In this document: piece after piece, positions 9,675 to 19,197 of the stretch | Layout: every line of letters begins with the position of its first letter | Numbering within the stretch: position 1 is the stretch's first letter | From: Obrimoposthia wandeli | Taxonomy: Eukaryota | Length of the DNA stretch: 64,000 nucleotides | Direction: 5' to 3' | Assembly: GCA_977020255.1 (NCBI GenBank) | Contig: CDROCS010003176.1 | Coordinates: 124,001-188,000, forward strand | Position numbers and translations under genes: made by a program | The notes under the pieces: generated by a model | The model's database searches: none | What the model was told of the DNA's origin: nothing | The model's input: the letters and a program-made list of their open reading frames with translations, nothing else

Positions 9675-10571
9675 TTAATAATCTATCGTATCAGCTGTCA
9701 TTTCTAGAGTTTTCCTATCAATGGTGACACGGTTAAGTGGTATACCAAACGCTCCCGCTTTAAAATAAAGATCCACACCGTCTTCATGAGTTTCTGAAAC
9801 AAAAAACTCAACATCATAACCGACTTTTTCATTGATAAAATCAATCACTTCTTGCATTGAATTATCGTGAAAATATAAATTAACACTTGAAACTTTTTCA
9901 TATATATATATATGCTCTTTGTCATCTCTAAACACTTGTTCTTTAACAACGACACAAAGCTCATTCGTTTCTTTAATTACTTCAACGTAAAGTATTGCAT
10001 CGTAGGGTATAATTCTGTAATAAACATCTCGTTTTATATTTGTTAGGTAAAAGCTCATTAATGCGAAGCCACCAGCGCCAATAAAAATAGCGGGGCCAAA
10101 AAATAATGCTAATACTACACAGGTAATTGAACCCACCCACCCAACAACTCGACCTAGCTTGAATAGGAAATCAGGTTCATTTTTGTATCGTTTTGATGCC
10201 ATGGCCTTATCATCAAAACGATAAAAAAAAAGAAATTCAGCAAAAGTTACCCAGCCAATAAACCCCATAAAAATGGCGGGAATAAGAGATGTGAAATAAT
10301 AAATATCCCATGCTGGAATAATGTTACCCCAGTTGTCTTTAAGTAACCCCCCGACCCCATACATAAATAAGAACCCTAATAAACCTACTATGTGTTTCAT
10401 GTATTTAGTTGGGCCGTAAAAGGGGGTATCCCAATTTAACGGGTTTTGTGATAATTCTATTTCATTAAATTGACCATCTTTTAATTCATCTGTTGCCGCG
10501 ACGGTGGGGTTAGCCTTTACCGTATCGATAAAGTCTTTTGTTAACTGATAGCTATAAAAATTTGGTTTCAT
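9675..10571 (-). CDS. T6SS immunity paralog 2 (membrane protein, 298 aa)
   Basis: Near-identical to the gene adjacent to the effector; TM helices. Confidence 0.8.
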   Translation of the reverse strand: MKPNFYSYQLTKDFIDTVKANPTVAATDELKDGQFNEIELSQNPLNWDTPFYGPTKYMKHIVGLLGFLFMYGVGGLLKDNWGNIIPAWDIYYFTSLIPAIFMGFIGWVTFAEFLFFYRFDDKAMASKRYKNEPDFLFKLGRVVGWVGSITCVVLALFFGPAIFIGAGGFALMSFYLTNIKRDVYYRIIPYDAILYVEVIKETNELCVVVKEQVFRDDKEHIYIYEKVSSVNLYFHDNSMQEVIDFINEKVGYDVEFFVSETHEDGVDLYFKAGAFGIPLNRVTIDRKTLEMTADTIDY

Positions 10572-10647
10572 TCGCCCTTCGTATATTACATGATTAACAT
10601 TATGGATATTTCTCTATAAACAATCAGTACTAGCGCGATTACGAGCA

Positions 10648-11544
10648 TTAATAATCTACCGTATCAGCGGTCATTTCTAAGGTTTTCTTATCAATGGTGA
10701 CACGGTTAAGTTGGGTACCCTCTTCACTCGCTTTCTGATGTAAGTTCACACTGTCTTTATACGTTTCTGATACAAACATTTCGACTTTATAACCGACTTT
10801 TTTATTGATAAAATCGATCACTTCTTGCATCGAATCATCGTGGAAATATAAATTTACACCTGAAATGTTTTCAGATATACGTACGATTTCTTTGTTGTCA
10901 TTAAAAACTTGTTCTTTAACAAGAATGTAAAGTTCATTCGTTTCTTTAATTACTTTTAAATAAAGTATTGCATCGTAGGGGATAATTCTGTAATAAACAT
11001 CTCGTTTTACATTTGTTAGGTAAAAGCTCATTAATGCGAAGCCACCAGCGCCAATAAAAATAGCGGGGCCAAAAAATAAGGCTAACACTATACAGGTAAT
11101 TGAACCCACCCATCCAACAACTCGACCTAGCTTGAATAGGAAATCAGGTTCATTTTTGTATCGTTTTGATGCCATTGCCTTATCATCAAAGCGATAAAAA
11201 AAAAGAAATTCAGCAAATGTTACCCAGCCAATAAACCCCATAAAAAGGGCGGGAATAAGAGATGCAAAATAATAAGCATCCCATGCTGGGATAATATTAC
11301 CCCAATTGTCTTTATATAAACCACCGCCCCCATACATAAATAAAAATGCTAATAAACCTGCTATGTGTTTCATGTATTTAGTTGGGCCGTAAAAGGGGGC
11401 ATCCCAATTTAACGGGTTTTGTGATGATTCTATTTTATTAAATTGCCCATCTTTTAATTCATCTGTCGCCGCGACGGTGGGATTAGCCTTAACCGTATCG
11501 ATAAACTCTTTTGTTAACTGATAGCTATAAAAATTTGGTTTCAT
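10648..11544 (-). CDS. Probable cognate T6SS immunity protein (membrane, 298 aa)
   Basis: Starts 8 bp after the effector stop; GGGGGA RBS; start moved to MKPNF by paralog comparison. Confidence 0.8.
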   Translation of the reverse strand: MKPNFYSYQLTKEFIDTVKANPTVAATDELKDGQFNKIESSQNPLNWDAPFYGPTKYMKHIAGLLAFLFMYGGGGLYKDNWGNIIPAWDAYYFASLIPALFMGFIGWVTFAEFLFFYRFDDKAMASKRYKNEPDFLFKLGRVVGWVGSITCIVLALFFGPAIFIGAGGFALMSFYLTNVKRDVYYRIIPYDAILYLKVIKETNELYILVKEQVFNDNKEIVRISENISGVNLYFHDDSMQEVIDFINKKVGYKVEMFVSETYKDSVNLHQKASEEGTQLNRVTIDKKTLEMTADTVDY

Positions 11545-11552
11545 TGGTCCCC

Positions 11553-14489
11553 CTAAATAAGTAAACATTGCTTAGCGTCTGAAAAATACGTTTCTTCTAT
11601 TGGCTTGCCATGTAAGTGTAAACAAATATCTTTGCTGTTTTTTTCTTGAAGATCTTTAAAGTGTACTGCTTTTTGATCATCATCAAGCGGCGATATTCGA
11701 GTCTCTAGATCACCAAACATCGTATAATCAAACACATACCGATAAAACACTTCTTTGAATAATTGATTGTTTTCATCAGCAACAAAAAACAGACCGATTT
11801 CGATATCAATATTTTGATGTTCTTGAGAAAAGTCTGCTTGCAATGTATAAGTTGGTATGAAGTTTTTTACAATTATCGGATCTTTTACTCTTGTCCATAT
11901 TCCATCATCTGAATTTATATTTATTGGTTCAATGAACTTAATATCCACATGGTTTGGCGTTATGTCATGGGATAATTCAAGTTTAAGCGTGAACCCCGTT
12001 ATTCGCTTGTATACAGCAGGGTAATCTTTTCCAGACGGTACTATTACCGTGTTGTGCTTAATTGTTAATTTTGGTTGTAGCGAAATGGTTCGCAGTGCCA
12101 ACAGTGCATTGATAACCCCTTCAGAGCTATCTATAGACCAACTTTTATTGGGTTTATTACCCCACGGGGTTTGCTGTAACCATTTTTGATAATCATCTTT
12201 TTTTAATGCATTTAGCACGATTGTCGTAATTATGTAAACCACGCCAACCACCGCCCCCGCAATTAGCATACCGGTTAACGAAAAAATACCAATAATAGCA
12301 GATGCTGGGAATAATGTAGCACCAAGATGAACGGATGAAATTATAGCCATTCCAAATAAGCTACCAAACTTTCCTCGTTGAAGCCATTTCTCTATTCCTG
12401 TTGATTTTTTCACATCATAGTAGGTGTAATACATTTCACTGCCTACTGCCAATAAACTTAAAATTGATACTGCTCGGGTGATTTTTAAGAATTTATTTAT
12501 ATTGTTGGCATTTTTTAAATTATTTGCAGATTTTAAACTAGAAGAATCTTCAATAGCTGCAGTAATGGATAGTTTGTAAAATTGCCTATCAACAACATTT
12601 TTTGTTACATTACTCCACGCTTTCGCCTGAAATATTGCAGTAAATGCACTTAGGGTGTAACCCATTTTTTGTAATACTTCGACGCGTTCACGATCTGATA
12701 CTACGCGCTTCGTTTGCATTGCACCAAATGCTAACCTAAAGTCGTTAACATTCAATAAAAACACCAAAAAGCCGAAGCCGCCAAGTTTATTATATGAACT
12801 AGAGGTTATTTCCATCCCCATTTTAATGCGAGTTTGTATGCCTTTACGGAAATCCTTCGCTAAATCATTAACATTCCCCTTAGCAACAACGAGTGCCGAA
12901 GGATTGTCATAATAAATATCATCTAAGTCAGACAATTTTACCTGCGCTTCGCGCTGCAGATCTGACATTTTTTTCTTTTGGCTTTTTATTCGCTCACTAT
13001 CTCGCTCATCAATACCTGCAATTGAAACATTGTGCTTTCTTGATGCTTTTAGATGGTCAAGCTCTTGTTCTATCCACTTCAATTCTTGGGAAGCATTATT
13101 ATAACGGGCTCTCCATTTCTGAACATCTGCTTTATAGTTATCTGCAATACGAATAGATGCATTAAGCGCAATCTTCTGGCCAACAATATTTAAGTGCAAA
13201 AAGTGATGATTATCGGCTAATACCAGCAGCGACGCACTTTTATGTGCAATGCTAGATACCGCAGCATCTGAAGTAACTTGTATCGAACTGCTGAAAGCCG
13301 TTAATACGTTTTGTAATGGTGCCGTTACTGCTTTAAAAAAGGGCGAATCTTTAATGAGTTCTGTCGATAATAGAGAATCTAGCTCATTAGCACGGTTTGC
13401 AACATCATCATAATCGTTGCCTGTTAGATACTCTGTTGGTTCTGGTAATTTTTCTTGTATTGCGTCGTAGAGTTCTTTGCTGTAGCCAGACAAATATAAT
13501 GGTATTAGTGTGCTTGGCGAGTCAAACTCATCTTTCATCCACTGTATAGCGTTATCATCTAAAGCTTTACTCATTGGTTCAAGAAGGAAGTAATGCACTT
13601 CACTTAAAAAATCTTGCCCTTCACGGGTTTCACTATCAACAAAACCACGTTCGGGATCCCAGCCAAATGCACGGCAAGCGGCTTGCAGTTGCGAACGGTA
13701 TCGGTGCACGCGTCTTGCTTGTGCTTCGATAATAAGGGCTTCGTTTTGAGCAAACTCGTCTATATCTGCCCGAAGGGCATTGTCATCTATTTCATCTCGC
13801 CATTTTTTAGTCTCTTGCCAACGTGCAAAATACGCATCATCATTTGGCTCAATATCGCTATAATGTTGCTTAAATTTTTCAGACAGCGTCTCGAATTTAC
13901 GCTTCAATCGGTAATAATTGGATGAGTGGATATCGTAGGTGTTGCTGGCGCTAAGATTTGGGCGATTACTTTGGAGTATAGCTAATTGTGCTTTTAATGC
14001 TGCTTTCGTATCGTAGTAATTAGCTAAGTCTTTATAGTATTGTTCTTTTTCGGCAAGTGTCTTAACAGATTTTGGATGGTTTAGGTGTTCAATAGTATGC
14101 AAGCCTGTTACTTGTGCCGTTGCTTCTAACAATAACCGTTTGGGGCTTTTATTATTATTAAGAGATTCAAGCCGTAATAGTTCACGGCTTAATGCCAAGC
14201 CTAAATCTTGCAAATCTGTATAGGGATCGTCAAGGGCAACAAAAAATGCCGATTCCTCATTCATCCCCCCTGTTACCACGCCTTTTGATAGCACAGGTTT
14301 GATTTCGAGATCGATCCCGTCGCCTTCTGTATTTTCAGATTGAGCGGTTTGAGCCATATGCCCTTCGAATAGAAGATCATCAGAAGCGCTATGGCTAATA
14401 TCTGCGACGGCATCTGCTATCTTCTCTGCTTGCCCTGCATGGCTGGCCTGAAGGCTGCGGCAATATTGATTCAGTGAAACTCGCCTCAT
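11553..14489 (-). CDS. VasX-like T6SS pore-forming effector, C-terminal part (978 aa)
   Basis: C-terminal hydrophobic helices followed by KDDYQKWLQQTPWG; context PAAR-DUF4123-effector-immunity. Confidence 0.75.
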   Translation of the reverse strand: MRRVSLNQYCRSLQASHAGQAEKIADAVADISHSASDDLLFEGHMAQTAQSENTEGDGIDLEIKPVLSKGVVTGGMNEESAFFVALDDPYTDLQDLGLALSRELLRLESLNNNKSPKRLLLEATAQVTGLHTIEHLNHPKSVKTLAEKEQYYKDLANYYDTKAALKAQLAILQSNRPNLSASNTYDIHSSNYYRLKRKFETLSEKFKQHYSDIEPNDDAYFARWQETKKWRDEIDDNALRADIDEFAQNEALIIEAQARRVHRYRSQLQAACRAFGWDPERGFVDSETREGQDFLSEVHYFLLEPMSKALDDNAIQWMKDEFDSPSTLIPLYLSGYSKELYDAIQEKLPEPTEYLTGNDYDDVANRANELDSLLSTELIKDSPFFKAVTAPLQNVLTAFSSSIQVTSDAAVSSIAHKSASLLVLADNHHFLHLNIVGQKIALNASIRIADNYKADVQKWRARYNNASQELKWIEQELDHLKASRKHNVSIAGIDERDSERIKSQKKKMSDLQREAQVKLSDLDDIYYDNPSALVVAKGNVNDLAKDFRKGIQTRIKMGMEITSSSYNKLGGFGFLVFLLNVNDFRLAFGAMQTKRVVSDRERVEVLQKMGYTLSAFTAIFQAKAWSNVTKNVVDRQFYKLSITAAIEDSSSLKSANNLKNANNINKFLKITRAVSILSLLAVGSEMYYTYYDVKKSTGIEKWLQRGKFGSLFGMAIISSVHLGATLFPASAIIGIFSLTGMLIAGAVVGVVYIITTIVLNALKKDDYQKWLQQTPWGNKPNKSWSIDSSEGVINALLALRTISLQPKLTIKHNTVIVPSGKDYPAVYKRITGFTLKLELSHDITPNHVDIKFIEPININSDDGIWTRVKDPIIVKNFIPTYTLQADFSQEHQNIDIEIGLFFVADENNQLFKEVFYRYVFDYTMFGDLETRISPLDDDQKAVHFKDLQEKNSKDICLHLHGKPIEETYFSDAKQCLLI

Positions 14490-14983
14490 CCAACTTTTAC
14501 TGTTGGATTTGTTTTCAATTCAAGCACAAAGTTAAATAACCGCCAACTCCAGCGTTCTTTTGACCATGCTAAATAAAGGGTATTATTCTGATTATAGGTA
14601 ATAAATGGACTTTGGTTACCGGGCTTTCCACGGTCTGTTTTACCTTGCTCTTTTACCCATGAATCAAGATTATACTTAATAAATTGACTGCCCTTTACCT
14701 CGTATTCATGAAAGGTTTGATCATGATCGGCGATAACATACAACCAGCCATCTCTTAGCTGCCGTAGGGTATAGTCTGATTCTATTAAACTTCCTTGAAA
14801 AATAGCATTACCTTGCCATTGTTCGGGTAAACCAAACGTTCCCAAACCCTCATCATCTTCTTGATCAATCGCATAGCGAACAGGCACAATATCGATGCCA
14901 AGCGCTTGCATGGGGCACTGGCCAGAAAGTGCACCCGCTTCATTTTGAGATTGTTTTGATGCGTCGACATTAGCGTTAGCCAT
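14486..14983 (-). CDS. MIX-domain N-terminal part of the same effector (165 aa, frameshifted)
   Basis: MIX motifs IVPVRYA and LRDGWLYV; joins in frame with 11553-14489 if one TTGAA copy is removed. Confidence 0.8.
   Translation of the reverse strand: MANANVDASKQSQNEAGALSGQCPMQALGIDIVPVRYAIDQEDDEGLGTFGLPEQWQGNAIFQGSLIESDYTLRQLRDGWLYVIADHDQTFHEYEVKGSQFIKYNLDSWVKEQGKTDRGKPGNQSPFITYNQNNTLYLAWSKERWSWRLFNFVLELKTNPTVKVG
14514..14523. repeat. 5-bp tandem duplication TTCAA-TTCAA that splits the effector
   Basis: Deleting 14514-14518 restores ...VLE-NKSNSKSW-MRRVSL, giving a 1141-aa ORF. Confidence 0.85.
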
Positions 14984-15866
14984 TTTGGGTTCCTTGATGA
15001 TATTGATAGGCTAGTTGTGCGGCTTTTTCTGCTCTTTGTTCGGGGGTTAATAGGCTTGTTTTTGTCAGTAATTGATGAATATCTTGATAGTATTGGTTTT
15101 TAATGACGCTTTCACCCAAATAACCCAACACATTGGTAAAAAATAAAATAGCGCGCTCTGAAACAAATCCGAGTTGTTTCGCTAGTTTTATAAGGTTATG
15201 GATTGGCGTTCGGTTTTTGTCTTCATACCACTCGGGAAAGTGAGTATTAATATGACGATCTAACTTGTTAGCAAACGTCGCCATCGTAACATCAGATAAA
15301 ATCACTATATCTTGGTCGGTTAGGCAGTACGGGGGCTGTAAGCTTTGGGGTTTTTCTACTTGCCAAGATGTAAAGTCGATCGACATCCAGCGGTTTTCTT
15401 TATAAAACCACGCGGTATTTAAAGGCTCTGCAAGATTATTTTGCCCAAGCTTGTAATGTGATTGAATGAGCGCCGTGGCGATTCTTGGATCATGAAAGCG
15501 AAAAATATGCTCGCCACCGTTGGGGTGTTTTACAAATAATAATGAGCGAAAGTGTTGTACGATATCTGCATGCTCATTGTTTGAACTAAACAACCAAGCT
15601 GCATTGTCGAAATATTGATTTTCTAAGGCCCAGTTAATTAATGGCACTTTGTCGTCTGAAGATAATTCTACTATCCAAGGCGAAATGGCATCGAGGTGAT
15701 CTAATGTTGTGCTTTTATACAAGGACGTGGCTTTTAAATGACTGCCCATTGCATTGATATGGTCGCTCAAGTTCTCGATGAGATTACCATCCAAAATAAT
15801 ATAAAGGTGCTCGGGTTCAGTGAGTGCCAAAAACTCAAAACTATGCGAAAAACTATGCGACGTCAT
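14976..15866 (-). CDS. DUF4123 T6SS effector chaperone/adaptor
   Basis: LYIILDG, SPWIVEL and HIFRFHDPRI motifs; start at MTSH with GAGG RBS. Confidence 0.85.
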   Translation of the reverse strand: MTSHSFSHSFEFLALTEPEHLYIILDGNLIENLSDHINAMGSHLKATSLYKSTTLDHLDAISPWIVELSSDDKVPLINWALENQYFDNAAWLFSSNNEHADIVQHFRSLLFVKHPNGGEHIFRFHDPRIATALIQSHYKLGQNNLAEPLNTAWFYKENRWMSIDFTSWQVEKPQSLQPPYCLTDQDIVILSDVTMATFANKLDRHINTHFPEWYEDKNRTPIHNLIKLAKQLGFVSERAILFFTNVLGYLGESVIKNQYYQDIHQLLTKTSLLTPEQRAEKAAQLAYQYHQGTQNG

Positions 15867-16371
15867 TTTCAGCCTCTTCGCAAACCTGACAAATCCCTTG
15901 TGCGCTCTCGGCTGCATTTTGCAATGCTGCCATTTGCTGTGCAATAACCACAGGGGTAGCTGATGTACGGCTATCTGAGTTATTTGAACGTTCCTCGTTT
16001 TCAGAACTCCCACTTTCAGAGCTCCCGCCTTCAGAACTCCCTCTTTCAGAACTCGTAATGGCGGGTGGCACGACTATTCCAGCATCGCCTATCAGCACAC
16101 TGCCTTCGCCGGAAATGATCACTCCGTTGTGTGAGCTTTTATCGCCCATTCGAGCGGCGGGCTTGCCATTAATGAATACCGATGCCGACCCTTTGGCGAT
16201 GGAATCTGGCGGGCCGATACATACCATTTTGTCTCCAACTCTGGCTGCGGGCAGGCCACCAATAAATACATTGGGCGAGCCAGCAGCTATGGGCCCCCCA
16301 ACATGGGGGATTTTCCCTGTTCTGTCTGGGCAGAAGTGGTTATCACTGATTCTTGCAGCTGGCTTACCCAT
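15853..16371 (-). CDS. PAAR protein with C-terminal extension (172 aa)
   Basis: Three PAAR motifs (KPAARISD, LPAARVGD, KPAARMGD), Cys/His Zn ligands; AAGGA RBS before MGKP; tail ends GICQVCEE. Confidence 0.92.
   Translation of the reverse strand: MGKPAARISDNHFCPDRTGKIPHVGGPIAAGSPNVFIGGLPAARVGDKMVCIGPPDSIAKGSASVFINGKPAARMGDKSSHNGVIISGEGSVLIGDAGIVVPPAITSSERGSSEGGSSESGSSENEERSNNSDSRTSATPVVIAQQMAALQNAAESAQGICQVCEEAENDVA
16000..16054. repeat. About 4 x 15-bp in-frame repeat (SSE(R/G/S)G) in the PAAR linker
   Basis: TTCAGAACTCCC-type units at 16000, 16015, 16030, 16045. Confidence 0.85.
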
Positions 16372-16598
16372 GACGTCCTTGTATACAATTTGGCTAATGA
16401 TGGTTGCGGTGAGTGAATATATCGAGTCAATCAATGCATTGAGCACATTATGGTATTGCGAGTTGGGGGTGGTCGCATCTGGCTTTTTCAGCTGCAGGGC
16501 GTACAACAAATAAATAGTTGTAACGATGTAACTAACAGGGCTATTGATTGGAAAATAAACTATTTCAATAAAGACACTGCAATGTGCGCGCCCTCATG

Positions 16599-16621
16599 CC
16601 TTATTCCTTATTCCTTATTCC
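16599..16621. repeat. (CCTTATT)3 heptamer upstream of the PAAR gene
   Basis: Read directly from the sequence. Confidence 0.85.
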
Positions 16622-16968
16622 ACGCAGTAAATAAATATTCATTTCGTAATAATTAACACAAACCATGCACAAAAACTTTATTGTTATTATTCGGTCAGTT
16701 ATAAACATTGACAATGCGTACTCCCTTTCTAAAAAAGACTACATAAATGCATGAGTTTTCTTACCGTGAAATCACAATCATATCTTACACTAGCAATAAA
16801 CGTATAAATAACGCCCAAAATAGCAGGTTAAACCAGTAGATAAACCCAAAAAACCGATAAAAATAGAAACAATAATTTAACAAAATGGATTTTTTATACA
16901 TTTTACTTGCATAACAACCCACCATGGGTAGTATAAGACTCCAGTGACGATTAATGCAGTAAGTCAGC

Positions 16969-17697
16969 ATGAGTATTCAAGTAAGCGGTATCAATAAATT
17001 CTACGGCAACACACAAGTTCTTCACGATGTGAACTTCACGTGTAATACAGGTGAAACCCTTGTGTTGCTAGGCCCAAGCGGTGCAGGTAAAAGCTCTCTA
17101 CTACGTATATTGAACCTGTTAGAAACGGCAGATAGCGGTGAATTGAATATCGCTGATGCGTTTTTTAACTTCGCCACTGAAGTACAAGAAAAAGACGGAC
17201 TCAAATTACGTCGTAAAGTCGGTATGGTTTTCCAGCAATACAATCTATGGCCACACATGACAGTTATAGAGAACCTTATCGAAGCACCCGTTAAAGTTGC
17301 AGGGCTAAATAAAGAACAAGCAATAAAAGAAGCCATGCAAATTCTTGAAACATTGCAACTGGCAGATAAAGCAGATGCATGGCCAATGCAATTATCGGGT
17401 GGTCAGCAACAACGTGTCGCCATTGCTCGCGCATTGATGATGAAACCAGACGTATTACTATTTGATGAACCAACGGCGGCACTTGACCCTGAAATTACCA
17501 ATCAGATCGTCAAGATCATTAACGAATTAAGCGAAACTGGCATCACACAAGTTGTTGTGACCCATGAAGTCGATTTTGCGAAAAAGATTGCAAGTCATGT
17601 TCTATATCTTGAAAAAGGATACATCGTGGAACATGGCACAAAAGAGGCGTTCATTACTCCGGCTACCACTGAGTTTGCAGAATACCTAGCCCACTAA
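16969..17697 (+). CDS. artP: Arginine ABC transporter ATP-binding protein
   Basis: [22 protein letters not shown]; [13 protein letters not shown]; first gene of the art operon. Confidence 0.9.
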   Translation: MSIQVSGINKFYGNTQVLHDVNFTCNTGETLVLLGPSGAGKSSLLRILNLLETADSGELNIADAFFNFATEVQEKDGLKLRRKVGMVFQQYNLWPHMTVIENLIEAPVKVAGLNKEQAIKEAMQILETLQLADKADAWPMQLSGGQQQRVAIARALMMKPDVLLFDEPTAALDPEITNQIVKIINELSETGITQVVVTHEVDFAKKIASHVLYLEKGYIVEHGTKEAFITPATTEFAEYLAH

Positions 17698-17774
17698 TTA
17701 CCATTTTTAATTTACCATTTTATTTCGGCAGAAAGCCTTTCTCTGCCTAAAAAACGAATACACGGAGTATCGCG

Positions 17775-18506
17775 ATGAAAAAGATTTTACTGGCTTCTCT
17801 TATTGGTCTTGCTTCAGCAAATGCAGCTGCACAGGAAGAAATTAAATTCGCGATGGAAGCAACTTATGCTCCATTTGAATACGTAGACGAAAATAATCAA
17901 ATTCAAGGTTTTGACGTTGATTTAGCCAATGCGCTTTGTAAAGAAATGGACGCTAAATGTAGCTTTCACAATCAAGCATTCGATAGTTTAATTCCGGCCC
18001 TTAAATTTAAACGTTACGATGCAGCTATCTCTGGTATTGATATTACTGAAGCACGTCAAAAGCAAGTCAGCTTCTCTAACCCGTATTACGATAACTCAGC
18101 AGCATTCGTTGCCGTTGAAGGAAAAGTCGCAAACCAAGCAGCACTAAACGGTAAGCGTGTAGGCGTACAAAATGGTTCAACACACCAGAGCTATTTAATC
18201 GACCAAATGGCAGACGTAACAACGGTGCCATACGCAAGCTACCAAGATGCATTTATTGATATGCAAAATGGTCGTATCGATTCTGTATTTGGTGATACCG
18301 CTGTAGTCGCTGAGTGGTTCAAAAAGAACGACACACTGACTTATGTTGGCGACCAAGTCACTAACCAAGAATACTTTGGTAATGGTTTTGGTATTGCCGT
18401 AAACAAAAAGAATGAAGAGCTGGTTAACCAATTAAACGCTGCACTTAAAACAGTGAAAGCGAATGGCCAGTACCAAGAAATTTTCGATAAGTACTTCGGT
18501 AAGTAA
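17775..18506 (+). CDS. artI: Arginine ABC transporter substrate-binding protein (ArtI/ArtJ)
   Basis: Signal peptide; ATYAPFE, GFDVD, FDSLIPAL and QNGSTH motifs. Confidence 0.85.
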   Translation: MKKILLASLIGLASANAAAQEEIKFAMEATYAPFEYVDENNQIQGFDVDLANALCKEMDAKCSFHNQAFDSLIPALKFKRYDAAISGIDITEARQKQVSFSNPYYDNSAAFVAVEGKVANQAALNGKRVGVQNGSTHQSYLIDQMADVTTVPYASYQDAFIDMQNGRIDSVFGDTAVVAEWFKKNDTLTYVGDQVTNQEYFGNGFGIAVNKKNEELVNQLNAALKTVKANGQYQEIFDKYFGK

Positions 18507-18507
18507 T

Positions 18508-19197
18508 ATGGTTTTTTCGGGTTACTCAATGTCACTCGTAGAAGCAAGCTGGATAACAATCCAGCTGGCTTTTACCAGTTTATTAGTCGGTTTGGTTTTA
18601 GCGGTTATTTTTGCAAGTGGTGAGATGTCTCGTAGCCGTCTTATCGCTTGGCCGACAACTGCATTCGTTACAATTCTTCGTGGTTTACCTGAAATATTAG
18701 TGGTGCTGTTTATCTTTTTCGGCTCTGGTCAGGTGCTCTTTATGATCACGGGCGACTATGTCGATATCAGTCCATTTATATCTGGAGTTATAGCCTTATC
18801 ACTCATCTTTGCTTCTTATGCCGCCCAAACGATACGTGGCGCATTAAAAGCGGTGAATAATGGTCAACGTGAAGCAGCGAGTGCCCTTGGTATAAGCAAA
18901 GCACATAGTTTCTTTCGTATTATTTTGCCACAAGCGGTTAGGCATGCCCTGCCCGGTTTGACTAACCAGTGGTTAGTATTGCTGAAAGATACGGCTTTAG
19001 TGTCGTTAATTGGCGTAACCGATTTACTTAAACAAGCACAGCTAACGTCTGCCGCAACACATGAAGCCTTTACTTGGTATGCCACTGCTGCTGCTATTTA
19101 TTTAGTGATTACGCTGATTACACAACGTGCGGTTAAAGTGATTGATAAGAAATTTACAGTTCAAGGTCTTAGCGTACCACAAGGGGCAACCGCATGA
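18508..19197 (+). CDS. artQ: Arginine ABC transporter permease
   Basis: RGLPEILV and EAA loop GQREAASALG; start placed just after the artI stop. Confidence 0.85.
   Translation: MVFSGYSMSLVEASWITIQLAFTSLLVGLVLAVIFASGEMSRSRLIAWPTTAFVTILRGLPEILVVLFIFFGSGQVLFMITGDYVDISPFISGVIALSLIFASYAAQTIRGALKAVNNGQREAASALGISKAHSFFRIILPQAVRHALPGLTNQWLVLLKDTALVSLIGVTDLLKQAQLTSAATHEAFTWYATAAAIYLVITLITQRAVKVIDKKFTVQGLSVPQGATA

Noticed and set aside
8545-11544. Periodic repeats as a CRISPR array
   Set aside because: The period is about 975 bp and the units are protein-coding paralogs; there is no short repeat/unique spacer pattern and no cas gene.
16058-16513. 151-aa plus-strand ORF
   Set aside because: Antisense shadow of the GC-rich PAAR gene; its apparent repeats mirror the PAAR motifs.
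16372-16968. sigma54 promoter or hcp/vgrG remnant for the T6SS module
   Set aside because: No TGGCAC-N5-TTGC match found and no recognisable ORF fragment.
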